From: an uncultured Nitrososphaerota archaeon
GTDB taxonomy: Archaea > Asgardarchaeota > Njordarchaeia > Njordarchaeales > Panguiarchaeaceae
Assembly: GCA_964636085.1 (NCBI GenBank)
Contig: CAZWPQ010000001.1
Coordinates: 69,744-133,743, forward strand
Direction: 5' to 3'
Length of the DNA stretch: 64,000 nucleotides
Shown here: positions 9,016-18,584 of the stretch, piece by piece
Position numbering within the stretch: position 1 is the stretch's first letter
Layout of the letters: each line of letters opens with the position of its first letter
Translations under genes and position numbers: made by a program
Notes under the pieces: model-generated
The model's database searches: none
The model's input: the letters and a program-made list of their open reading frames with translations, nothing else
Told to the model about the DNA's origin: nothing

Positions 9016-9069
9016 TGGAATACACCTACATTATCGGTATTTTTATACTACTCGAGTATTACAGGTATA

Positions 9070-9294
9070 TTGGTGATCCATATGCAATTACAAGCATCAA
9101 ATATGAAATTAATAACCTTGCATATCCCCCAGAAATTCATTGAAGCTCTTGACGAGTTAGTTGCGAGAGGATGGTACCCAAATAGAAGTGAGGCTATCAG
9201 AGTTGCTATACGCGACTTTTTGAGAGAGATGAAGAAGTTTATGTTGAGTGCAGAAAACAGTAGAAGATCTAGTACTGGTATCCAGACACTCTAA
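9070..9294 (+). CDS. ribbon-helix-helix (CopG/NikR-type) DNA-binding protein
   Basis: ITLHIPQKFIEALDELVARGWYPNRSEAIRVAIRDFL has the classic beta-strand plus two helices of an RHH. Confidence 0.6.
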   Translation: MVIHMQLQASNMKLITLHIPQKFIEALDELVARGWYPNRSEAIRVAIRDFLREMKKFMLSAENSRRSSTGIQTL

Positions 9295-9772
9295 TCCATT
9301 TGCGTCCGCGTAAATAATAACATGTTATATTCCTCCTTCTTAATTTTTTTACTAATTCCATGTCTATTGTGGCTACTGCCGCATTAATTTTGCCAGCCAT
9401 CCTTGCAATGATCTCATCATAGTACTCATAAAATTTTAGCCTGTTTTTGATTCTGGCTAATTCTTCGATTATGGCCTTATCCACAGTTATGATCTCTATT
9501 TGCATTCTTCTTATTAGCTCTAGTGCAAAGTCTGCTGCTATTTTTATTTTTCCTTTCTTTCTGTTCCTCAATATTTCAAGCTCCTCTATTGTTGTGTCTA
9601 GTACTACAAGCCTAGCTCCTTCTGACACCTCCTTGAGTGCTAATTCTATATTTATTGGCATCCTCTTTTTCCCCTTTATTGCATACATTAGTAGGGACGA
9701 ATCTATGATTATTAATCTATCTCTCCGATTTGAAGTGTTCCCATCCTTTCCTCGGTATCTTTTTTCCAGCAT
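9269..9772 (-). CDS. PIN-domain protein
   Basis: The N-terminal …LIIIDSSLL… motif and downstream acidic residues (VLDTTIEELE) fit a PIN fold. It is operonic with thiL and nadK on the minus strand. Confidence 0.45.
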   Translation of the reverse strand: MLEKRYRGKDGNTSNRRDRLIIIDSSLLMYAIKGKKRMPINIELALKEVSEGARLVVLDTTIEELEILRNRKKGKIKIAADFALELIRRMQIEIITVDKAIIEELARIKNRLKFYEYYDEIIARMAGKINAAVATIDMELVKKLRRRNITCYYLRGRKWIRVSGYQY

Positions 9773-10709
9773 AGAAAACCCCCGAACCCTTTTCTACGTA
9801 TCCTATCTTTATTGGTTCCTTGAGGCCCATCGCTCTAAATTTCTCGATCACTGTCTCCTCTGGCTTGTCCGTGGTGAATATTATCTCAAACTCTTCGCCA
9901 CAATACAATGCTAGGCTTAATGGGTCAAGGTTATTCAACTTTGCATATTGATATACTTCAGATGCGACGGGTATCCTATCTAGAATTATGGCTACCCCAC
10001 TCTTGTTGGCGATATCATTCAATGAGACAGCTAGACCATCCGATGAATCTATAGCCGCTGTAGCTAATTCCCTCAATACGATCGCTATTTTGGGATTTAT
10101 CTTTGGTCTCATATATTCCCGTAGTACTGATTCTATACCTCTTGTTGCAGTTCCAGATTGGAGTAAATAATGTAGAGCAATGGAGGCCACACTAAATTCG
10201 TTAGTAGCCCATACGCTATCTCCCTCCTTTGCTCCACTCCGAGGTATAAACCTGTCCGAAATACCTATGCCAACGCCTGTAATTACAAGGTCTTCGGATC
10301 CTCCAAAGTCCCCTCCAATGTATTTGCATCCATAATACTCACACGCCCTCTTTATACCGTCTAGCAACTCTCTAATATGCTTTATTTCCATATTGCTTGG
10401 AGCACTTATAGAGCACATTAAATATGTGGGTAATCCACTCTTGGCTATTACATCACTAAATGTCATTGTTACTGTTTTCCACCCTATGCTGTAGTAGTCT
10501 ATACCCGAGGGCGCGTCCGTACTTTCCACAAATGTGTCCACATTTACTATCATCACCCCTCGGCCACAGGGAAGGGGAAACGCGTCCTCGTCAACAAAGA
10601 TATTGTCATTCGATATATATTCAAATATTATCCCCTCTAGAATCCTTCGTTCTCCAAGTTCTGATAGCCTCATCCTATCTTCCATATCTAAGCGACACCA
10701 TACCTGCAA
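9717..10709 (-). CDS. thiL: thiamine-monophosphate kinase
   Basis: AIR-synthase-related fold: …LSELGERRIL… N-terminus, DSSDGL motif, and GGD…G glycine-rich segment. The track start is probably too far upstream. Confidence 0.65.
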   Translation of the reverse strand: MQVWCRLDMEDRMRLSELGERRILEGIIFEYISNDNIFVDEDAFPLPCGRGVMIVNVDTFVESTDAPSGIDYYSIGWKTVTMTFSDVIAKSGLPTYLMCSISAPSNMEIKHIRELLDGIKRACEYYGCKYIGGDFGGSEDLVITGVGIGISDRFIPRSGAKEGDSVWATNEFSVASIALHYLLQSGTATRGIESVLREYMRPKINPKIAIVLRELATAAIDSSDGLAVSLNDIANKSGVAIILDRIPVASEVYQYAKLNNLDPLSLALYCGEEFEIIFTTDKPEETVIEKFRAMGLKEPIKIGYVEKGSGVFYAGKKIPRKGWEHFKSER

Positions 10710-11535
10710 CTTTTCTTATTCTACTATGCCTCCCCCAAAGTCTTATGAATTTGGTTACGGCATTCGTATACTTTATTTCCACTTCCTCGCCTCTAGCTAT
10801 TTCTCCTACTTCCACACCATCCGCTATAAGTATAGCATCCATCCATGTTTCCATGACCTTAACTCTAATAATCGAGTCCGACGGGAATATCATTGGAAAA
10901 CTGGACCTAAATAGTGGTGCTATAGGCGTGACAACGAATGACTCCACGCTTTCTGATACTATCGGCCCACCAACCGATAATGCATAAGAAGAACTCCCAA
11001 TGGGTGTCGATATAATTAGGCCATCGCATAGTATCTCCCCCACTTTCTCATTATCCACGCTCATCTCCAAACCCAATATTTTCCCTGGTTTTTTTGTCAT
11101 GATAACATATTCATTAAGTATTGAGGGGAACGCATGTGCCCCATGTTCTATATGGGCCTTTGCCCTATGTATTGCTATTATATAAAAATCCCCCTTCTCT
11201 ATCTTATCCACACTATTGTAGAATTCAGCGATAGATAATTCGGTTAGGAGGCCAATCTTTCCAAAATTTATCCCAAGAATTGGCTTCTCATATTTTTCTA
11301 TCTCCCTTGAGGCATACAAAATTGTGCCATCACCACCCAAGGTTATGACAAAATCACACGATTTTAAGGCCCTATCCTCAGGTGCGGAATCTAAGGTTAC
11401 TACTTGAAGAACATTCCAACCCCGTCTCCTTATAAAATTTAAAAAGTTATCCAACTCTACTATAACGTTCTCTTTAGGGGCAACGAATATTACTACATTA
11501 GGTTTACCTGAGAAGCCCTCTCCTCCGTATTTCAT
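10675..11535 (-). CDS. nadK: NAD(+) kinase
   Basis: GGDGT motif (…ITLGGDGTILYA…), NE/D motif and DGLIISTPIGSSSYALSVGGPIV are characteristic of NadK. Confidence 0.75.
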   Translation of the reverse strand: MKYGGEGFSGKPNVVIFVAPKENVIVELDNFLNFIRRRGWNVLQVVTLDSAPEDRALKSCDFVITLGGDGTILYASREIEKYEKPILGINFGKIGLLTELSIAEFYNSVDKIEKGDFYIIAIHRAKAHIEHGAHAFPSILNEYVIMTKKPGKILGLEMSVDNEKVGEILCDGLIISTPIGSSSYALSVGGPIVSESVESFVVTPIAPLFRSSFPMIFPSDSIIRVKVMETWMDAILIADGVEVGEIARGEEVEIKYTNAVTKFIRLWGRHSRIRKVAGMVSLRYGR

Positions 11536-12013
11536 CTATTATCACACCCACTATTTTCTCGAAATCACCATTACTCGTATCTATTACTACTAGCTTAGAT
11601 TTCCCATAATTCGAAATAGCTTCCCCAAGTATCACCCCGAACCTTTCGGCCTCTAGGTTTTCATCAATTTTATCTTGCGAAAAACCCCTTCTTTCTAGTC
11701 TCTCCCTTAGAACATAAGGCTCACACACCAATACTATACACAAATCAACCCAATCCGATGGCAGCGCCTCCGCACCAATCCCCTCTATGATGACACTTTT
11801 CTTTGTGCTAATAATCCCCCCCAATTTTTTCCTTAGCCTATCCTCGTCTATAATATATGCAGAACGTTGCCTATCATAGCCACAGTATAGCTTGTTCTCT
11901 ATGACAAATTTGCTTAAATGTATGACATGGAAACCATAGCTAGATAACATGTCGGCGAATGTAGACTTACCAGTACCTGGGGAACCACATATTGCGATTA
12001 CCACCAACAGCAA
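11504..12013 (-). CDS. Fap7/adenylate-kinase-6-like putative nucleoside kinase
   Basis: ICGSPGTGKST P-loop in a 169-aa protein, the size and architecture of archaeal Fap7. Confidence 0.55.
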   Translation of the reverse strand: MLLVVIAICGSPGTGKSTFADMLSSYGFHVIHLSKFVIENKLYCGYDRQRSAYIIDEDRLRKKLGGIISTKKSVIIEGIGAEALPSDWVDLCIVLVCEPYVLRERLERRGFSQDKIDENLEAERFGVILGEAISNYGKSKLVVIDTSNGDFEKIVGVIIDEIRRRGLLR

Positions 12014-12132
12014 TCACCAAGAGTCGAATAATTCACAATCGCCAGTATATAATGCCCTAGGCATTAACATAAACTTATTAATTTAATACAGATGAATTAT
12101 ACTTTAATTTGATGTGCCTATGATGATTTAAA

Positions 12133-14079
12133 ATGACCGACATACAAAATATAGTGCGGGATAAGGTTGGAACAATATTTGGTAGGGCGGGAGTTACTCA
12201 ATTCTCCATGAGGGTTGAGCAGGGAAAATCTATACAAAAGGGACAATTTCTTCTTGTGATGGGTGATGGACGCATATTATTATCCCGCGTCATCGATATT
12301 GAGACAAGAGTCACCGAGACTATTGGTTTCTGTGAAATACTTGGAGAATGCGAAGACTCTAAACTAAAACAGTGCAACAGGCCTGTTAGAGCTGGATATG
12401 AGATTTATAATCCCTCTGGAGAGTTCCTTAGTAGATTAGTTACAAGAACAACAAGGGAGGAGGGGCTATATATAGGCAAAATTCTCACGCATCCAGATTT
12501 CGTACCAGTCTATTATCGCCCAAAGGATCTCAGAGTCCACGTTCTTGTATCAGCCACAACAGGAGGGGGGAAATCCTACACACTATCAGTTTTTATTGAA
12601 GAGCTAATTAAGAAAATGAGAAAGAAAAAAAATTTTGCAATAATAATTTTTGATGTCCATGATGAATACTCCGGGCTCGCTGTCCCTAACCAACATGATA
12701 AACAGGTCGAAGCGCTTAAAGAGTATAATTTAGAGCCACAAGGATTTGAAGATGATGTCCTAATATTTGATTGGGAGAATAACCCGCCCTATCTCAGCCC
12801 GATCTTCTCGCCTGATCGTCTCATGTTCATTTTCTCTATGAAAGAGCTAAGACTTGCCCTCCAACTTAAGCAATTAATGGGGGAGAAATCCCAAATGCAT
12901 ATTGATGACCTATATAGGCTAGTGGAAATAAGTGATCTACACTTCCAAACAAAGCAGGCCTTGCTCACAAGAATCGGATCGCTAAGAGCCAGTGGATTCC
13001 TATCATATAACTATATCAAGCCCTCGGAATACTGCCAGCCTGGAAAAGTAACTATTTTTAGATTAATCGGTACACCACTTGGCGATTTGGGTGTACGTTT
13101 CTTCGTGGCGGATATCGTCCGCCAAGTATTTGAAGACAAAAAAGCTGGGAGAATTCAGCATAATGTGATTCTTGTTGTCGATGAGGCCCACTTATTTGCA
13201 CCGGCAAAAGGTAAGGACGATCCAGTTAAGGAAATCCTTATCCGTGTCGCAAGAGAAGGACGCAAAATGGGTGTCTGGTTGATATTAGCTACACAGTCAC
13301 CCAGAGATCTAAGCGATGTTATAATAATTAACTGCTCCACAATAATAGCACTAAAGATGCAACGACATGATGTTTCAAAGCTGAGCCAACTATTTGGAAT
13401 ACCAAAAAAACTTGTCGAAGTACTTACATCCGTTTCTCCAGGCGAATGCTTTATAAAGGCACCATCATTCACAATACCCCTTATGGTTAAGGTAAGACCA
13501 AGACAATCATCAGAACTTAAAGCAGAATATGTCAATTATGCACAACTAATAAAGAAAGTCGAAGAAATTGCTAAAAAAACCAGAAATATGATAGCTAAAC
13601 TAAGAAAGAAAACCCATCCAGAACCCCCACCGCCCCCATCTCCTCCAATAACCCCAAAACCAATAAGACAGACACCAAAACCTCCTGAGCCCACACCCTC
13701 GCGGGTATTTGAGGTAAGAAAAAAATATCAACGACCGCCTAGCCGACTACACAGAGAGACCGCTAAAATAAGAAGGGACGAAGAGGCTCTTGACTTCGTA
13801 GTTGGTATATTGGCAGATCAAATAAAAGGCCATGATTACGCTGCACTTGGTTTAATACGAGCAATTCTTACCTATGGGGCCCTGGATATTGTTGAGGCCC
13901 TTCATTATGCGTCGGAGGATGTTATCGATTCGCTGATAGCTGACGATATAATAAGAATCACAGATTCAAAAATTGTGCTAAATCTAGATAAAAGAATAGA
14001 GGAGTATACTGGAAAGCGTGCCTCGGATTATCTAATAGAGCTGGCAAAAAGAAAACTTTGGGATCTATTAAAGACCTAA
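12133..14079 (+). CDS. HerA/FtsK-superfamily (DUF87-type) ATPase with Pro-rich linker and C-terminal helical domain
   Basis: N-terminal barrel-like region, Walker A SATTGGGKS, Walker B VILVVDEAH, and an …ATQSP… sensor-like segment. A HPEPPPPPSPPITPKPIRQTPKPPEPTP linker precedes a ~130-aa C-terminal domain. Confidence 0.6.
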   Translation: MTDIQNIVRDKVGTIFGRAGVTQFSMRVEQGKSIQKGQFLLVMGDGRILLSRVIDIETRVTETIGFCEILGECEDSKLKQCNRPVRAGYEIYNPSGEFLSRLVTRTTREEGLYIGKILTHPDFVPVYYRPKDLRVHVLVSATTGGGKSYTLSVFIEELIKKMRKKKNFAIIIFDVHDEYSGLAVPNQHDKQVEALKEYNLEPQGFEDDVLIFDWENNPPYLSPIFSPDRLMFIFSMKELRLALQLKQLMGEKSQMHIDDLYRLVEISDLHFQTKQALLTRIGSLRASGFLSYNYIKPSEYCQPGKVTIFRLIGTPLGDLGVRFFVADIVRQVFEDKKAGRIQHNVILVVDEAHLFAPAKGKDDPVKEILIRVAREGRKMGVWLILATQSPRDLSDVIIINCSTIIALKMQRHDVSKLSQLFGIPKKLVEVLTSVSPGECFIKAPSFTIPLMVKVRPRQSSELKAEYVNYAQLIKKVEEIAKKTRNMIAKLRKKTHPEPPPPPSPPITPKPIRQTPKPPEPTPSRVFEVRKKYQRPPSRLHRETAKIRRDEEALDFVVGILADQIKGHDYAALGLIRAILTYGALDIVEALHYASEDVIDSLIADDIIRITDSKIVLNLDKRIEEYTGKRASDYLIELAKRKLWDLLKT

Positions 14080-14336
14080 TATGCTGTTCCCTCCAGTTTT
14101 ATCTTAATGTTTGATGGTGCTATAATTATAAACTCCGCCCCGACCCCAAGAACATTCAGTCTTAACTTATTACCAGCCTCTAAGATTCTCTTAACTACCT
14201 CTCTTCTAACACTTCTACTTTTGAAAGCAGAAAAACTTGCTACTATCACATTTCCTTTTCTGACTTCACTTAATATTCTAATAAGATCCCTGTGTGTCGA
14301 GACCTTTATAGCTACTATCTTCATGCCTCCTTCCAT
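14076..14336 (-). CDS. SepF-like (DUF552) protein
   Basis: 86 aa. …RKGNVIVASFSAFKSRSVRREVVKRILEAGNKLRLNVLGVGAEFIIIAPSNIKI resembles the SepF C-terminal domain (…LLAPSNVEI). Confidence 0.5.
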   Translation of the reverse strand: MEGGMKIVAIKVSTHRDLIRILSEVRKGNVIVASFSAFKSRSVRREVVKRILEAGNKLRLNVLGVGAEFIIIAPSNIKIKLEGTAY

Positions 14337-14415
14337 AAATCCCCCAATTATTTTTTTAAGTTAATGATTATAAACCAAGATAATATCTGTAGAATATCAT
14401 GCTGGTGCAATAGCA

Positions 14416-15123
14416 TTGCGACTCAAAATACTAAAGCAACCATCTCAAAGACAAGACTGTATTGTAGGTATAGACGAGGCGGGGAGAGGGCCCGTCATTG
14501 GTCCAATGGTAATTGCTGGTGTTGCTGCTAACGAAGAAACAATCAAAGAGTTAGAGGCCATAGGAGTCGCTGATTCTAAGACAATCGCACCAACAAAGAG
14601 AAGTGAACTATTTGATAAGATATTATCCATGGTGGATGGCGCAGCTGTTGTTTATGTGGAACCAAAAACAATGGATCGTTGGGTTCAAAGAAAGGGACTA
14701 AATGTTCTAGAAGCAAAAGCTATGGCTACAATAATGACAATGTTTAGGCATGCAAAATTATATATATTGGATACTCCATCATCCCCAAGAAAATTTAGGG
14801 AATATGTAACAAAATTCTCTAATATAGAGCCAAGTAGAATACTATTTGAACCAAAGGCCGATATGAAATATACTATAGTTGCGGCGGCCAGCATTATTGC
14901 TAAGGTACTGAGAGACGCCGAGATTACCGAGATTAAAAGACAAACTGGAGTCGATTTTGGAAGCGGATACCCATCAGACCCCAAAACCATTCAACAACTA
15001 GAAACAATATTAAGAATACGGCCCGAGGTAGTAAGAAAAAGCTGGAAAACAACAAAAAAAGTCTCAAATAAAAAGCTTGACGAATTCATCAACCCAACTA
15101 ATAAACCAAGAGGTGATTCTTAG
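14416..15123 (+). CDS. rnhB: ribonuclease HII
   Basis: IVGIDEAGRGPVIGPMVIAGV… has the catalytic DEAGRG motif. The track start is TTG, so the true start is uncertain. Confidence 0.8.
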   Translation: MRLKILKQPSQRQDCIVGIDEAGRGPVIGPMVIAGVAANEETIKELEAIGVADSKTIAPTKRSELFDKILSMVDGAAVVYVEPKTMDRWVQRKGLNVLEAKAMATIMTMFRHAKLYILDTPSSPRKFREYVTKFSNIEPSRILFEPKADMKYTIVAAASIIAKVLRDAEITEIKRQTGVDFGSGYPSDPKTIQQLETILRIRPEVVRKSWKTTKKVSNKKLDEFINPTNKPRGDS

Positions 15124-15343
15124 CTAACTTGGACTTAAATTTCTCCATTTCTATGATCGTACAAAGTAAAAGAAGTTTACATCTACCCTCAAATACAAAC
15201 TCTCTCGATCTAAAATCATAAAAAAGCGCCCCACGCCCATCTACACACCTGCAGACCTGTTCGCGTGATACTATAGCTATTTTTGCGCCTCCACGAACTA
15301 TAAATTTTTCCTCTTCCATTTGGCCACCTATACAAATCACCAC
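15098..15343 (-). CDS. small hypothetical protein (81 aa), doubtful
   Basis: Short ORF overlapping the rnhB 3' end. No motif. Confidence 0.2.
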   Translation of the reverse strand: MVICIGGQMEEEKFIVRGGAKIAIVSREQVCRCVDGRGALFYDFRSREFVFEGRCKLLLLCTIIEMEKFKSKLAKNHLLVY

Positions 15344-15437
15344 ACATAATCATGATATCCTATATTAAAATGAGTAATACATGTGTATTACCATTCATTT
15401 CATTGAAAAAGAGGGTATATGAAAAGTAAAAACAATT

Positions 15438-15749
15438 TCAACGTTTAGAGGTAAATTTAATGCCCATAGGCCTTATATGCTCTGGTCTAGCAATGATTTT
15501 CTTATATTTGCCTCCATCCCTGACTAGTATAACATAGGCTTTGCCTCTTTTCTCAATGATCTCCCCTACCTTCCCATGAAACCTTTTATAGGGCATGCCC
15601 TTATGTATGCTTGGATCAATCTTTATTACTACCTTCTCGCCTATACCGTACTGGTATAGGATTGCAGACATCGGAGGTAGTCCCCGCTCCTTGCATCTCT
15701 TGGATAGTAACTTTCTTGTGCGTGACCGTGGACCTTTAGAGTGCCTCAT
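15438..15749 (-). CDS. rpl21e: 50S ribosomal protein L21e
   Basis: MRHSKGPRSRTRKLLSKR… N-terminus and KRFHGKVGEI core are typical of L21e. Confidence 0.8.
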   Translation of the reverse strand: MRHSKGPRSRTRKLLSKRCKERGLPPMSAILYQYGIGEKVVIKIDPSIHKGMPYKRFHGKVGEIIEKRGKAYVILVRDGGKYKKIIARPEHIRPMGIKFTSKR

Positions 15750-16258
15750 TGTTTGCTCACCATTCTATATGCTTCGATTAGGTCCATATCTTCATCCTTA
15801 ATTATTGTTTTTAAAATCTTGTACATCAGTTCTCGCTTTATAGCAAATAGCTTTGTTATATCTTTTAGTAGTATAGCAATCAAATCATGTACTCCCCTAT
15901 CTTCATCAACATTGACAACGGAGGGCATTTTGTCCACAAAGAAAGTCATGTCAAGACTTCCCTTCTTAAAAACTATGACGCCTCGCTCTCTTAATAGTTT
16001 CGAAATGACCTCTTGGGAGTCGTCATCCACGGGGTCAAGAAAGGCTATATAGTCGACTGAACCACTCGAAATTTCAGGGGGAGGTGATACTTTCGACACG
16101 CTGAAAATATATACTCCTATTTCCTTTTTGTTAGAAGCCTCCAAATAAACTTTTTGTAATCTACCACTAAGCTTTGTTAGTTTTAAGACCTCGAAAAAAA
16201 TTTCTCGTATTAATTCCATAATTTTATCGTTAGCTACAATTGCGAAGCAATACTCCAT
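15746..16258 (-). CDS. hypothetical protein (170 aa) upstream of L21e
   Basis: Overlaps the rpl21e start by 4 nt and is co-transcribed with it. No motif. Confidence 0.4.
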   Translation of the reverse strand: MEYCFAIVANDKIMELIREIFFEVLKLTKLSGRLQKVYLEASNKKEIGVYIFSVSKVSPPPEISSGSVDYIAFLDPVDDDSQEVISKLLRERGVIVFKKGSLDMTFFVDKMPSVVNVDEDRGVHDLIAILLKDITKLFAIKRELMYKILKTIIKDEDMDLIEAYRMVSKQ

Positions 16259-16267
16259 CCTTAGTCC

Positions 16268-17626
16268 CTATACAAAAACTACTATTAATTTCCTTTTTTT
16301 GACTGCCTTTTTAATTTCTTCCTCATAGTCATCGCTTATTATCTGTGCCCTTGACCCTATTACTTCTGATATACTCTTTTCGATTGGCCTATAGCTCCCC
16401 TCAGGGACAAACTCTGTCGAAAGAACAAAAATAATTTTTGCCTCAAGACCCATAAATTCCTGTATTGATTCTCCTAACTCTGCAAATTGGGATATATGAG
16501 AGACAACAATTAATGTTCTCTTCCCAGAATCCACTAGTTTTGTATATAGATCCATAAAATCATCCACATATTCTGCACTTGAATCAATCTCTATTGGCTT
16601 AACAACAATAACCTCGGCCTCATGCAATATTTCTTTTACGATGCTTACAGCCTCGCTAGCCCTACCGCTATATATTTTGACCTCACTTCTCAGTTTCACT
16701 CCTTCGACAGCTTCATAATACCCTCTACCCAGAACATTCATTATCTGATTATACAGGATATCGCCTAGACTTGGAGTAGAAGATTCTAATGCTTCTATAT
16801 TCGTAATGTTCGGTATCCTGTTCAGTTCACCCCTCTCTATAAGCTCTTGAGATATCATTCTCAGATAACTCGATACAAGACCACTCAAGCTTATAATGTT
16901 GTTATGTTTAAGCATTATGTTTCTGAGATAACGACGGATCCTATTATTTAATTCTACAATACCATAAATCGTAAGATCTTTCTGCATATTCGCCCTACTA
17001 ACAATATCAAGCACATAATTGATACACGAACCTATACCAATAATTGCTGTTTTCCCCGAACCTACGCACAAGTTAAACGACAATTCGTTTGATGAGACGC
17101 CACGCTCGATGGACGCGAAATCTATTTCCTCCTCAAATATCTCTAGATTAATTATATCGGGCTCACAAACCGATACAATTACAGGTCTTTGTCTACCAGA
17201 GAAAACCTTAGTTGCTAAGGCAACCATCGTCGGGAAATTTGGAGGAAGATATATGGGGAGGTTCTTATCAATAGCCAGCTTTATTAATGTATTGAGGGCT
17301 TCTCTGCTTCCACACAATATATTTAGATATATGTTCTTGTTCTCATTTTGCTCTAAAATGGGTACCATCTTCTCTACAATGTAGAATATATTGTAGACAT
17401 TGTGTTTCTCTGCAGACATAATCGCTATAGAGTCGCCTTCCGACTTCATTATACGTACAAACATCGCATAGGGATTTGGAACATATATTTTTCTTATTTT
17501 TCCTAGCATGATCCTGTTGGATATTTTGAGGGATATTGGATCCATATTTACATAAAATACTTCAACCCCATAGCGAGAAGCTATGCGTTCTAGCATACTT
17601 GGAACTGACTGCCTATCCTTACCCAA
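16268..17626 (-). CDS. conserved hypothetical protein (452 aa)
   Basis: Long ORF with mixed alpha/beta character. No confident assignment. Confidence 0.4.
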   Translation of the reverse strand: MGKDRQSVPSMLERIASRYGVEVFYVNMDPISLKISNRIMLGKIRKIYVPNPYAMFVRIMKSEGDSIAIMSAEKHNVYNIFYIVEKMVPILEQNENKNIYLNILCGSREALNTLIKLAIDKNLPIYLPPNFPTMVALATKVFSGRQRPVIVSVCEPDIINLEIFEEEIDFASIERGVSSNELSFNLCVGSGKTAIIGIGSCINYVLDIVSRANMQKDLTIYGIVELNNRIRRYLRNIMLKHNNIISLSGLVSSYLRMISQELIERGELNRIPNITNIEALESSTPSLGDILYNQIMNVLGRGYYEAVEGVKLRSEVKIYSGRASEAVSIVKEILHEAEVIVVKPIEIDSSAEYVDDFMDLYTKLVDSGKRTLIVVSHISQFAELGESIQEFMGLEAKIIFVLSTEFVPEGSYRPIEKSISEVIGSRAQIISDDYEEEIKKAVKKRKLIVVFV

Positions 17627-17687
17627 AATTTAGCACCCATAAATAAATTTATTCCCAAAAATTAAAAACAATGATACACAGGCCTCA

Positions 17688-18584
17688 TCACGTTAGAATC
17701 TCCGCAGAGTTTGTTTTCACGAGAATTGTATGCTCAAACTGAGAAACCCATCTTCTCTCAGACTCTATGAGCGTCGGATATGCCCTTATCCTTCCTTCAT
17801 AAAATTTTTCAATTAATACCCTCTCAAGTCTCTCTCTAAATATGGGGTCCATTCTTGCTTTGCCTATCCACCTTAACGTAAATGGTAGCTTGTCAAACAT
17901 TTTATATAGGGTCTCTAAGATCCTATCCCCTTGGTGATTGCGTATGGAGAATATAAACACTCTTGTCATATCTGGATTCGTTGAACTATCCTTACCTACT
18001 GGAATCAAAAATGGCTCTATTGCTATAATCATATTTTCCTTGAGTTTTGGCGAGAACATACGTGGAACATTAGGAATTGTTATTCCCGAGTGTAGATTCC
18101 ACTTATCTATTGAGTGCCCACCTAGGTCAGCTAGAACCCCAAACCCCCTGTCATGGGCAATTTTCCAAATAAGCTCCCCGATGAACCCCACTCTTACACC
18201 AGCCTTTACATGTTCAATAGCTACACTTAATGCTTCTTTCGTAGCACGTATTAATTCCACTAATTTCTTATCAATACCTATGCCTACTGTTATTGCTGTA
18301 TCTGCTATGGCTCCGTCATCCATAAGTACTCCTAGATCCACCTTTACCAATGCTTTGTTTGGTATTGTAGTCCTGTCGCCGGGAGGCGATGTATAATGCG
18401 CAGCAACTTCGTTTATACTAATGTTTGCAGGGAAGGCAGGTCTGGCGCCTTCATCCCTTATCATCTGCTCTATTTTTTCACATAATTCCAATACTTTTTT
18501 GCCGGGCCTAATTTCCTTTTCAATGCTTGATAAAATTTTATGGGCTATCTCACCAGCCTTGTACCAGGTCTCAGAAACACTCAT
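17688..18584 (-). CDS. map: methionine aminopeptidase (type 2, archaeal)
   Basis: …AAHYTSPPGD…, DLGGH and …FEHTILV… are the metal-ligand motifs of the pita-bread MetAP fold. Confidence 0.75.
   Translation of the reverse strand: MSVSETWYKAGEIAHKILSSIEKEIRPGKKVLELCEKIEQMIRDEGARPAFPANISINEVAAHYTSPPGDRTTIPNKALVKVDLGVLMDDGAIADTAITVGIGIDKKLVELIRATKEALSVAIEHVKAGVRVGFIGELIWKIAHDRGFGVLADLGGHSIDKWNLHSGITIPNVPRMFSPKLKENMIIAIEPFLIPVGKDSSTNPDMTRVFIFSIRNHQGDRILETLYKMFDKLPFTLRWIGKARMDPIFRERLERVLIEKFYEGRIRAYPTLIESERRWVSQFEHTILVKTNSAEILT

Noticed and set aside
10460-10987. Plus-strand ORFs antisense to thiL and nadK
   Set aside because: Shadow ORFs. The Ser/Pro/Leu-rich translations are typical of antisense reading of AT-rich coding DNA.
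15746-16258. Considered RpoF (Rpb4) for the 170-aa gene upstream of rpl21e
   Set aside because: It is too long and lacks the RpoF C-terminal helical pattern. A better RpoF-like candidate is the partial ORF at 63706.
16268-17626. Possible P-loop (CVGSGKT) in the 452-aa hypothetical
   Set aside because: The spacing is GxGKT rather than GxxxxGK[ST], with no supporting Walker B. It was left as hypothetical.
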